Positions 10,028 through 17,995 of a stretch of DNA of 64,000 bases are shown in pieces; positions within the stretch are counted from its first letter, which is position 1, and each line of letters opens with the position of its first letter. The notes beneath the pieces are model-generated. The model made no database searches. It saw nothing but the letters and a program-made list of their open reading frames with translations, and was not told the origin of the DNA. Source of the DNA: Ruminococcus intestinalis (lineage in GTDB: Bacteria > Spirochaetota > Spirochaetia > Sphaerochaetales > Sphaerochaetaceae); NCBI GenBank assembly GCA_963648635.1, contig CAVJEL010000001.1, positions 4,444-68,443 on the forward strand, given 5' to 3'. The position numbers and the translations under genes are program-made.

Positions 10028-11926
10028 TCAGCTGTTACTCTTTGTTTCATAGGTTGCGCTGTTTTTCTCACTGTTCACAGTCCATGTACTGTCTGCATCT
10101 TTGACTTTCACGGTGTGCCCATTTGTCTGATAAACATAAATTTGAGTTCTGACGGAAGTTTCATTAACCTTAAGAATATTTGTTCCTTCGAACGTTACTG
10201 TTGTATCATAAGGATAGCTTCCGCTCCTATTTCCGATAACTATGGCAGCAAGAGGTACTTCGTTTCCGCTTCCCCAATTCTTGTCTCTATAATCACCAGA
10301 GCTGTAGTAATTGGTTGTAGTTGATGTTGATTCGAAGGTCGAATCCTTTACTGTATATGTGCCTCCTCTGAAGATAGCAGCCTGGCGCTTTCCGTAGAAC
10401 TTTGAGCTCTCGATTGTCACTGTTCCTTTGACATTGAACATGAATGCAGTAGAGTCGTCTTTGTTGGAGTCATACTTATTTTCACCAGCCTTGATAGTAC
10501 TATTCTTAATTGTCACCGTGACATCTTCAGATTCTTTAACTGTTGCATCCGTCTGGATGGCAAATGCGTCAGAGGTTGTCTCTACAGTTGAGTCTGTTAT
10601 TGTGAGAGAGCTCTTATCTGCATGTTCATTTATCCTTATCGCTCTTCCCACAGATGTATACTCAACTTTGTTTAACGTCAGTTCTGCATTTGCAGTTAAA
10701 ATCATTCCGTAGTCGACGGAAAGACTTTTTACTTTTCCGCTGTGGATAGTCAAAGAATTATCATCAATGATGGTAAGTCTTCCATCAAGTGTCAATGTTT
10801 TACCATTCAAGTCAATCGTTACATTCTTTGATACAGAAACAGCATTTTCAAGTGTGATATCATTCTCGAGGCGGACTCTTCCTCCATTTGCAATGGTTTT
10901 TTCAAGTACGTTACTTTCAAAGGCAAGATACGTTCCGTCGTTGAATATTACACAAGAGTTGTTGGCTTCTGATATTTCTTTGCACACTGCATCTGTGTAG
11001 TAAGAGGTAATTTTAGAATCATCAGAAATACTTATATCAGAGTCGATATTGTCCTTGAAAGTATTCCCTACGATAGTTGCTTTGCTTGTGGATGTATTCT
11101 CAAGCTCAACAATGTACACCCCGTAATCCAGTCCGCTGAAGGTATTGTTTTTAAAATTAAAGGTTCCATTTACAGCAGGTACAACAAGGACTCCAATAGG
11201 TGCATACGTTTCAGCTACTGTATTCTCTGATGATGCTTCAAATTTGAAGATGTTACCTTCAACGACTAAGTTGTCGGCAACTCCAGCGAACAAGGCTATC
11301 TGAGCTGATGTTTTTGTTGAGCTCTTGAATGTAAGGTTCTTGACTGTGTTCTTTGAGCCAGTAAGATTCACAGCGCCATAAGATGATGATTTTTCTTCAG
11401 AAGGCTTATAATCCTCTGCAATTACGATAATCGCACCATCTTCACCTTCAACAGTGAGGTTAGCAATATCGATTGTATAAGGCGCGCTAATCTTATATTC
11501 TCCCTTTGTCATTACGATAGAAGGATTTTCAATCGCAGAAGTTGCAATGTAAGTGCAAACTTTGTCGAACTCACCTAAATCTTTTACCACGAATTTACCA
11601 CAGTCTGAGCACTTGAGATTGTCATTAAGATGGTGAGACTTAGGGATAACGGTTACATCCTTTTCATAGCCACAGACACTACATACCTTTGACTTTTTAC
11701 CTTCCTTTGTGCATGTAGAGGCAACAGTTACTTCCTCGAAAGTATGCTCAGCCTTACCGCTTACTTCCTCGGTGTGCTCACATGTAGCTTTGTGCCAATG
11801 ATAAGTTTCGTCTGATGACCAGTCCTCGCTGAATGTGTGCACGTGAGGTGCATCGTCACAGGAGAAGAGGACGAAAACCAAAGTGACTGCCAGTAAGGCA
11901 GCAATGAATTTTCTTGTTGTTTTCAT
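10028..11926 (-). CDS. Surface lipoprotein with a Cys/His-rich knuckle module and a right-handed parallel beta-helix region
   Basis: I moved the start to the ATG at 11926 (MKTTRKFIAALLAVTLVFVLFSCDD, signal peptide plus lipobox LFSC), with GGGGTGA as RBS. A CxxC...CxxC module (CTKEGKKSKVCSVCGYEKDVTVIP, CSDCGKF) is followed by repetitive N/T/V-rich beta-helix-like segments. Confidence 0.75.
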   Translation of the reverse strand: MKTTRKFIAALLAVTLVFVLFSCDDAPHVHTFSEDWSSDETYHWHKATCEHTEEVSGKAEHTFEEVTVASTCTKEGKKSKVCSVCGYEKDVTVIPKSHHLNDNLKCSDCGKFVVKDLGEFDKVCTYIATSAIENPSIVMTKGEYKISAPYTIDIANLTVEGEDGAIIVIAEDYKPSEEKSSSYGAVNLTGSKNTVKNLTFKSSTKTSAQIALFAGVADNLVVEGNIFKFEASSENTVAETYAPIGVLVVPAVNGTFNFKNNTFSGLDYGVYIVELENTSTSKATIVGNTFKDNIDSDISISDDSKITSYYTDAVCKEISEANNSCVIFNDGTYLAFESNVLEKTIANGGRVRLENDITLENAVSVSKNVTIDLNGKTLTLDGRLTIIDDNSLTIHSGKVKSLSVDYGMILTANAELTLNKVEYTSVGRAIRINEHADKSSLTITDSTVETTSDAFAIQTDATVKESEDVTVTIKNSTIKAGENKYDSNKDDSTAFMFNVKGTVTIESSKFYGKRQAAIFRGGTYTVKDSTFESTSTTTNYYSSGDYRDKNWGSGNEVPLAAIVIGNRSGSYPYDTTVTFEGTNILKVNETSVRTQIYVYQTNGHTVKVKDADSTWTVNSEKNSATYETKSNS

Positions 11927-11957
11927 TAATTCACCCCATAAAATTAAAGATACCTGA

Positions 11958-11985
11958 ATTTTATACCGGGGGGGGGTATCGTCAA
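11958..11985 (-). promoter_or_regulatory. Sigma70-like promoter whose spacer contains a homopolymer
   Basis: The minus strand reads TTGACG-ATACCCCCCCCCGGTA-TAAAAT (16-nt spacer), or 14 nt to TATAAA. It lies about 30 nt upstream of the lipoprotein ATG. Confidence 0.45.
11968..11976. repeat. G9 (C9 on the coding strand) homopolymeric tract
   Basis: Nine consecutive G at 11968-11976, the longest G/C homopolymer I saw in the window. Confidence 0.95.
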
Positions 11986-12041
11986 TCTTATTTTTGTTTT
12001 GTTTGATTTTCATAATCGGTACTCTGTGATACTCTTCTTTT

Positions 12042-12755
12042 ATGGATTTATGGCTTGAAATGGAGAGACTTTTAACTGGGTGTGACAACTCCTTTGTCTC
12101 GGTAACGGGAGGGGGAGGAAAGACTACCTTTTTAATTGAATTCTCTTCCTTTTTGAAAAGGAAGGGAAAGAGTGTACTCTTAACAACCACAACTAAGCTT
12201 GCGTCCCCTTATGATATTGACTACGGCGTTGATCATTTCTCTCAGTCAATGGATGAATTGAAGAGTATTGATGTGAAGAAGGGCGAAAGCACATTATTTG
12301 CCAACTATGACGAAAACAGAAGGAAACTGGTCTCTCCAAAACTGGAAGATTTAGCTGAGATTTGTTCCTCCTTTGATGTTGTCTTATCGGAAGCTGACGG
12401 CTCGAGAAGAAAGCCTGTTAAAATCCACACTTCACGCGACCCCGTAATTCATCCGTCCTCAACGGGGGTTGTTGCCGTCCTCGGGCTATGGGCATTGGGA
12501 AAAAAGGTTAGTGATGCCGTATTCGGAGACGAAGGCGAGAGTGCTGTCAATATAGATTATATTCAACGTGTCATTCTTTCTCCCGAGGGTGCACTCAAGG
12601 GGATGAGGGAGGATTATGTGAATGTTCTCCTTTTCAACGGTGGTGATGAAATTGACGAGAAAACTATGGATGATATTTCGTCTCTTACTCTTCCTTCCTT
12701 TGTGAAGGGCTATATAGTAAGCGAGAAGAAAGGAGTTATCTACCGTGCTCTTTGA
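12042..12755 (+). CDS. yqeC: Selenium-dependent hydroxylase accessory protein YqeC family
   Basis: 237 aa. VSVTGGGGKTTF P-loop near the N-terminus and SEADGSRRKP are characteristic of the YqeC family. No SD is visible; the alternative start is 12060. Confidence 0.7.
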   Translation: MDLWLEMERLLTGCDNSFVSVTGGGGKTTFLIEFSSFLKRKGKSVLLTTTTKLASPYDIDYGVDHFSQSMDELKSIDVKKGESTLFANYDENRRKLVSPKLEDLAEICSSFDVVLSEADGSRRKPVKIHTSRDPVIHPSSTGVVAVLGLWALGKKVSDAVFGDEGESAVNIDYIQRVILSPEGALKGMREDYVNVLLFNGGDEIDEKTMDDISSLTLPSFVKGYIVSEKKGVIYRAL

Positions 12756-14253
12756 AACTCTTGCTAAAAAGGAAAAATACAACGAAGCTTTCGCTTTTGT
12801 GACTATTATAGGTTTTTCGGGAACTGTAAGTCGTAGGGAAGGTCGCATGGCTGTCTTTCCCGACGGTACGACTGAGGGGACAATCGGAGGCGGGGAACAC
12901 GAAAGTGAGGCAAAGAAACTTGCCCTCGAAGCACTTGAAAGCGGAAAGGGACGAAGAGCTCGGATTCGAGTATCTGAACATGGAGAAATAGAAGTTATGA
13001 TTGATGTTGCAATAAAAGAGAAGCGTATTCTTATAATAGGAGCGGGGCACGTAGGTAAGGCCATATACGATGAGTTCCATCACCTTGGCTGGCATGTGAG
13101 CGTTGTCGACACGAGAGACACCATCCTTAATGAGGAGAGTTTTCCCCTTGCCGAGAGAATTATATGTAGTAGTGTTCTCGACGGTGTCAAAAGAGCATTG
13201 ATTAACTCCCACACTGCAGTTGTTATTACAACACCAAATGAACTCGATAACATAAAAGAAGAGCTGAATTCCTCTTCCGCCTTTTATATCGGAGTGCTCT
13301 CTTCGAGAAAGCGTAGGTCCCCCGAGGGAGAAAGGTGGCACCTTCCGATGGGATTTGATATCGGGGCAGAGACTCCTGAGGAGATTGCCGTCTCTACGGC
13401 AGGCGAAATTCTTGCCTCCTTTTCTAAGAGAAGTGGGCTTCCATGTTCAAGAAGAAAGCCTCTTGTTGTTGTCCGTGGAGCCGGGGACCTTGCTACCGGT
13501 GCCATTACAGCACTCCACAGGGCTGGCTATGACGTAGTTGCAACCGAAGTTGAGAAACCTACAGTAATAAGACGCACTGTTGCTTTTGCAGAGGCGTTAT
13601 ATACGGGAAGTATGACAATCGAGGGCGTTAAGTGTACGGTTGCTGAAAGCGCTGAGGACTGCAGGAATATTCTCAAGATGGGGGAGGTTGCACTTATTGC
13701 CGATAAGGACGGGAATATCATAAAGGAGATGAAGCCGACTGTTGTAGTTGATGCGATACTTGCAAAGAAGAATCTCGGTACAAAGCTCGATATGGCTCCG
13801 TTTGTAGTTGCACTCGGGCCGGGATTTACAGCCGGTGTTGATTCTTCCGTTGTAATCGAGACGATGAGGGGCCATAACCTGGCTCGTATTATCTATTCGG
13901 GAAGTGCACTTCCGAACACGGGAGTTCCCGGTCTTATTGCAGGGTGTGGTAAGGAGAGGGTGATGCATACACCCACAAGCGGTGTTTTCAAGGAAAATGC
14001 CAAAATCGGGGACATCGTCAAGAAGGGAGATATCATAGCATGGGTTGATTCGACACCAGTCTATGCGTCTATTGACGGTAAACTCCGCGGGCTCTTACAT
14101 TCGGGATTAAGCGTTCCCGAGCACTTCAAGGCTGCAGATATAGACCCCAGGGGTGAGGAAGTCGACCATGCCACGATAAGCGACAAGGCAAGGGCTATAG
14201 GTAACTCTGTTGTTGTTGCCGTAGATGAGTTCTTCTCTTCTTATGAGAAATGA
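12745..14253 (+). CDS. yqeB: XdhC-like / YqeB-family selenium-dependent molybdenum hydroxylase maturation protein (fusion as in E. coli YqeB)
   Basis: GTG start with AGGAG 9 nt upstream, and an 11-nt overlap with yqeC. The N-terminal half is XdhC/CoxI-like (FAFVTIIGFSGTVSRREG...GTIGGGEHE; Rossmann ILIIGAGHVGKA). The C-terminal half (VVVRGAGDLATGAITALHRAGYDVV...) matches the YqeB family. Confidence 0.7.
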   Translation: MLFETLAKKEKYNEAFAFVTIIGFSGTVSRREGRMAVFPDGTTEGTIGGGEHESEAKKLALEALESGKGRRARIRVSEHGEIEVMIDVAIKEKRILIIGAGHVGKAIYDEFHHLGWHVSVVDTRDTILNEESFPLAERIICSSVLDGVKRALINSHTAVVITTPNELDNIKEELNSSSAFYIGVLSSRKRRSPEGERWHLPMGFDIGAETPEEIAVSTAGEILASFSKRSGLPCSRRKPLVVVRGAGDLATGAITALHRAGYDVVATEVEKPTVIRRTVAFAEALYTGSMTIEGVKCTVAESAEDCRNILKMGEVALIADKDGNIIKEMKPTVVVDAILAKKNLGTKLDMAPFVVALGPGFTAGVDSSVVIETMRGHNLARIIYSGSALPNTGVPGLIAGCGKERVMHTPTSGVFKENAKIGDIVKKGDIIAWVDSTPVYASIDGKLRGLLHSGLSVPEHFKAADIDPRGEEVDHATISDKARAIGNSVVVAVDEFFSSYEK

Positions 14254-14560
14254 CGGACAACGTTGACTTCTTTCTCCTGGACTATTGTTTCAGAAACCTT
14301 TCAAGATAAGATGGCGAGAGTTCTTCGATCGGAGTTCCAAATGGAGCATATAGCTCAATTTCAATGGGTAGGTCCACTTCTTTATTATGACGTACCGGCA
14401 TAATACCAACAAGAATAGTGAAGCAGGAGACAATCTTTCTTTGCTTTTTTCGCTCTCTTTTTTAAAGAAAGTGTTTCTATCGGGGACAAAGGCTTCTTTG
14501 AGGGTTTGAATTTTACTTTCTTAATTGATTGATGACTCTCAAAGAACTAAACTATTTATT

Positions 14561-15847
14561 ATGAACAGTAATCTTTTCAAAAGTGTAAAAGAATCTTCCT
14601 TTCTTCTTTCGCGTTCGACTCTTGAGGAGCGTAATGCGGCTCTTAGCGCGATAGCTTCAACTCTTATGAAAGAGAAGAAGAGGATAATGGATGCCAATAA
14701 GTGTGATGTCGATAGTGCAATAAAGAACGGAGAGAGCAGTGCGCTTATCGCAAGGCTTAAATACACTGATGAAAAGATAGCGCAGTCACTAAAAGGCCTG
14801 AAGGAAGTTGAATCCCTAGCTGACCCGGTGTGGAAGGTAAGAGAAAAGCGGGAGATAGACTCAGGCTTTGTGCTTGAGAAGGTAGCAGTCCCAATCGGAG
14901 TAATAGGGACGGTATTCGAGGCGAGACCCGATGCTGTTGTCCAGATAGCCTCCCTCTCTCTCAAGAGTGGCAACGGTCTTATATTGAAAGGCGGAAGTGA
15001 GGCTGCAAATACAAACCGTGTTCTTGTCGATATCATCAAGGAAGCAACAGAGTCATTTTCCTTCTCATCTTCCTGGATTGCAGCACTCGAGACTAGGGAC
15101 GATGTGAAAGAGCTTCTCAAAGCCGATGAATGGGTCGATTTGATTATCCCGCGTGGCTCCAACAGTTTTGTGCGCTACATAATGGATAACACCCACATTC
15201 CGGTACTCGGACACGCAGAGGGACTATGTATTACATATGTCGAGAAGAGCGCGGATGTAGAAAAGAGCGTGAAGGTGCTTCTGGACGCCAAGACGCAATA
15301 TCCGGCGGCATGCAATGCAACGGAGACAATCCTTCTCGATAAAGATATTGCCCCGGCGCTGCTTCCTCTTCTTTCCACTGCATTTGACGAAGCGGGTGTT
15401 GTCGTACACGCTGACGAAACGTCGTTCCCATACTTCAAGAATGCCCTACATGCTACGGCTACAGACTATGACACCGAATACCTTAAAAAGGAGTGTGCAA
15501 TCAAGGTTGTTTCATCCTTTGATGAAGCGATTGAACATATTAAGAAGCATTCGTCGGGACATACCGACGCCATCCTTACAGAAGACAAGGCGAAGGCTGA
15601 TGAGTTCTTGAGGAAGGTCGACTCGGCTGATGTCTTTGTCAATTGCTCCACACGCTTTGCCGACGGTTACCGCTTTGGGCTGGGGTCGGAAGTCGGAATT
15701 TCAACGTCCCGTATCCATGCCCGCGGGCCGGTGGGACTTGACGGTCTTATGACGACAAAGTGGATTCTTTGCGGCCACGGAGAAACTGTGGGAGAATACA
15801 GCGGGGAAGGCGGAAAGAGTTTCCACTTCAGGGAGCTTGATATATGA
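14561..15847 (+). CDS. proA: Gamma-glutamyl phosphate reductase
   Basis: Aldehyde-dehydrogenase fold with the typical ProA core (VIGTVFEARPDA, ILKGGSEA, ACNATETILL). I moved the start to the ATG at 14561 (MNSNLFK). Confidence 0.9.
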   Translation: MNSNLFKSVKESSFLLSRSTLEERNAALSAIASTLMKEKKRIMDANKCDVDSAIKNGESSALIARLKYTDEKIAQSLKGLKEVESLADPVWKVREKREIDSGFVLEKVAVPIGVIGTVFEARPDAVVQIASLSLKSGNGLILKGGSEAANTNRVLVDIIKEATESFSFSSSWIAALETRDDVKELLKADEWVDLIIPRGSNSFVRYIMDNTHIPVLGHAEGLCITYVEKSADVEKSVKVLLDAKTQYPAACNATETILLDKDIAPALLPLLSTAFDEAGVVVHADETSFPYFKNALHATATDYDTEYLKKECAIKVVSSFDEAIEHIKKHSSGHTDAILTEDKAKADEFLRKVDSADVFVNCSTRFADGYRFGLGSEVGISTSRIHARGPVGLDGLMTTKWILCGHGETVGEYSGEGGKSFHFRELDI

Positions 15848-16953
15848 GGGACTTTTCAAGCGTAAAGAGAATTGTCGTGAAGGTGGGAACGAACCTTTTA
15901 TCAGATAAAGAAGGTGTCGACAGAAACAGGATAAAGGAACTTGTCGACGAGATAGCATATCTGAGGGAGAAGGACATTCAGGTCCTCCTTGTCTCTTCCG
16001 GTGCTGTAGGCCTCGGCGCAAAGGCCCTCGGGCACGAGAGCGCAGTCAAGCAGATAGCACTTCGGCAGGCATGTGCTGCAATCGGACAGCCTGTATTGAT
16101 GGACGCCTATCAGAAGGAGTTCTCAAGGCACGGTATAATATCATCGCAGATACTCATTACACGTTCCGTTTTGAATAATCGTAAGAGCTACAATAACCTC
16201 CGCTCGGCTGTTATGACACTCCTCGAATTGGGGGTCGTTCCGATTTTCAATGAAAATGATGTCGTATCGACAGCGGAAATCGGGAATGTCTTCGGCGACA
16301 ACGACAGAATGAGCGCCTTAGTTGCATCCAAAATTGACGCCTCTCTTCTTATTCTTTTAACAGATATCGACGGGCTTTATACAGATAACCCGAAGACCAA
16401 CAGCGGGGCGAAGAAAATAGACTCCCTCTCCGTCATCGACAGCTCCGTTTTTGCCTGGGCCAACGGCAAGGGGAGCGAATTCTCCACAGGTGGCATGAAG
16501 ACAAAACTGATGGCTGCCCAGATAGCACAGAAGGGTGGCTGTGGCACAGTCATTGCATCAGGCTACGAGAAAGACATACTTATTAAGATAATGGAAGGCG
16601 AGGAGAAGGGAACATACATCCTTCCTTCCCTTCGTATGTCACAGCGTCAGAGGTGGATACTCAATACGCCTTCTGTCGGTACGATAATAGTAGACGATGG
16701 GGCTGAAGCGGCACTATGCGCACATAAGTCGCTTCTCCCGTCGGGAATTGTCGATGTCAAAGGCGTCTTTTCGAGCGGGGATGTTGTGGATGTGAAGAAA
16801 AAGGACGGCGTGGTATTCATGAAGGCGGTATCGGGATTCAACTCATCTGAAATTCTTATGATAAAAGGCCACAGTTCGAAAGATATAAGCACCATTGTCG
16901 GGGAAAACCATAAAGTGGTCTTCAGACCGGAGGATACAGTTCAGTATGAGTAG
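15844..16953 (+). CDS. proB: Glutamate 5-kinase with C-terminal PUA domain
   Basis: 369 aa. RIVVKVGTNLL, AAIGQ and NENDVV motifs are present. The start overlaps the proA stop in an ATGA. Confidence 0.95.
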   Translation: MRDFSSVKRIVVKVGTNLLSDKEGVDRNRIKELVDEIAYLREKDIQVLLVSSGAVGLGAKALGHESAVKQIALRQACAAIGQPVLMDAYQKEFSRHGIISSQILITRSVLNNRKSYNNLRSAVMTLLELGVVPIFNENDVVSTAEIGNVFGDNDRMSALVASKIDASLLILLTDIDGLYTDNPKTNSGAKKIDSLSVIDSSVFAWANGKGSEFSTGGMKTKLMAAQIAQKGGCGTVIASGYEKDILIKIMEGEEKGTYILPSLRMSQRQRWILNTPSVGTIIVDDGAEAALCAHKSLLPSGIVDVKGVFSSGDVVDVKKKDGVVFMKAVSGFNSSEILMIKGHSSKDISTIVGENHKVVFRPEDTVQYE

Positions 16954-17857
16954 CTACAGGATGGTCTTCAGAAAGCAGGATTTAGGTTTCCGTATTTCAA
17001 GTCTTTACAAGCAGAAGCAGTTTGCCATCGGTATCCTGGACTTCGGAACGAAGGAAGAGTTGGAGTCGACACTCAAGTGGTATATGGAGAACATGAATCT
17101 TTCCCTCCATGTACTTACAAACGAGTACAACATGGAAAGGTACAATATTCAGGCAAACTATCCTGAGGTTACATTCATCATATTCTCGAATGACACGACA
17201 ACCGGTGAATATATTAACGCAATGGCCGATGAATGCTACACGGACTACTTCCTTATTGTTCGTACAGATATGGAGATGGTTGCATTTGAAGGGGAGAAAC
17301 TCCTGGCTGTCATGGCTGGTAAGGACCACCCTGTTGTAATCTGCCCAGTGATGATAAGTAGTGAAGCCGAGCTTCTTCCGACCCTCAGGGCACCGTACAT
17401 AAGGGGCAGTGAAATCGACCCGCAGTCATTCCTTCCCGACATGGAGGCTGAAAAGGAACAGCGAACGCTTTATCCTGTGCTCCAGAGCGGATTATATGAC
17501 AGGGCCCTCTTTCAGCGCCTCCGCGGTTATGATACCGAGATTCTCAGTGAATATTATCAGGCAATAGACTTCGGGACGCGCTCATGGCTCTTCGGCTACA
17601 GCATAAAACTGACGCCGGCCCTTGCCCTACAATTCCCGAAGCGAGTTTCCGTAATAGAAGACAGGTCGGAGTGCAGCGGAATGAACAGGTTCTATACAAA
17701 GGCACTGTCCATAAAACGTATTGCTGGGAAAAACCTCGTCAAGAAGTGGAAACCATATGTCGATAAGGTCTGCCTCTCGGAAGAAATTAAGAAGAAGCAG
17801 GTGAACCTTCAGAAAACAGATTTCTTCACGCTGATTGAAAAGTGGGATGAGAATTAA
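16946..17857 (+). CDS. Hypothetical protein, possibly a GT-A fold (GT2-like) glycosyltransferase
   Basis: I moved the start to the ATG at 16946, overlapping the proB stop (ATGAGTAG). FIIFSNDTT...YFLIVRTDME and RLRGYDTEI...AIDFGTRSWLFGY resemble GT2 core motifs. The assignment is weak. Confidence 0.45.
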   Translation: MSSYRMVFRKQDLGFRISSLYKQKQFAIGILDFGTKEELESTLKWYMENMNLSLHVLTNEYNMERYNIQANYPEVTFIIFSNDTTTGEYINAMADECYTDYFLIVRTDMEMVAFEGEKLLAVMAGKDHPVVICPVMISSEAELLPTLRAPYIRGSEIDPQSFLPDMEAEKEQRTLYPVLQSGLYDRALFQRLRGYDTEILSEYYQAIDFGTRSWLFGYSIKLTPALALQFPKRVSVIEDRSECSGMNRFYTKALSIKRIAGKNLVKKWKPYVDKVCLSEEIKKKQVNLQKTDFFTLIEKWDEN

Positions 17858-17995
17858 TCGTTGTCCCGAAATGTAACAGTTTCAATTGAGAAAACAGCAA
17901 ATTTGAGAGCACTCTTATCTCTTATTGACTTCTGATTCTTGTTTAATGGCATGTGGCAGGGTTAAATCAGCTCATCAATGTGAATGAGGTGATAT

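Noticed and set aside
10028-12190. ORF-track N-terminal extensions: the 720-aa lipoprotein ORF, 891-aa Lon ORF (to 53757), 5695 epimerase start, 53639 carbamate kinase start, 14525 proA start, 16895 hypothetical start, and the TTG starts of dinB (24926) and recO (57566)
   Set aside because: The extensions run through divergent promoter regions or neighbouring genes. They lack signal or domain sense, and internal ATG codons give canonical N-termini (lipobox signal peptide, LON N-domain, MKGKLIVIAIGGNSL and so on).
12486-13341. Two long minus-strand ORFs (192 aa and 201 aa) antisense to yqeC/yqeB
   Set aside because: They lie wholly inside well-supported plus-strand genes. Their translations are low-complexity (S/P/R/L-rich) with no recognisable motifs, start context or SD. 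This is typical of shadow ORFs opposite coding sequence.
14311-14403. 30-codon ORF (MARVLRSEFQMEHIAQFQWVGPLLYYDVPA) upstream of proA as a leader peptide
   Set aside because: It is not Pro-rich, has no SD, and has no obvious alternative terminator/antiterminator pairing. The evidence is insufficient to call a gene, so it is mentioned only within the unexplained-gap finding.
14539-15162. 207-aa minus-strand ORF antisense to proA
   Set aside because: It is a shadow ORF of a strongly supported gene. The sequence is Ser/Leu/Arg-rich with no family resemblance.
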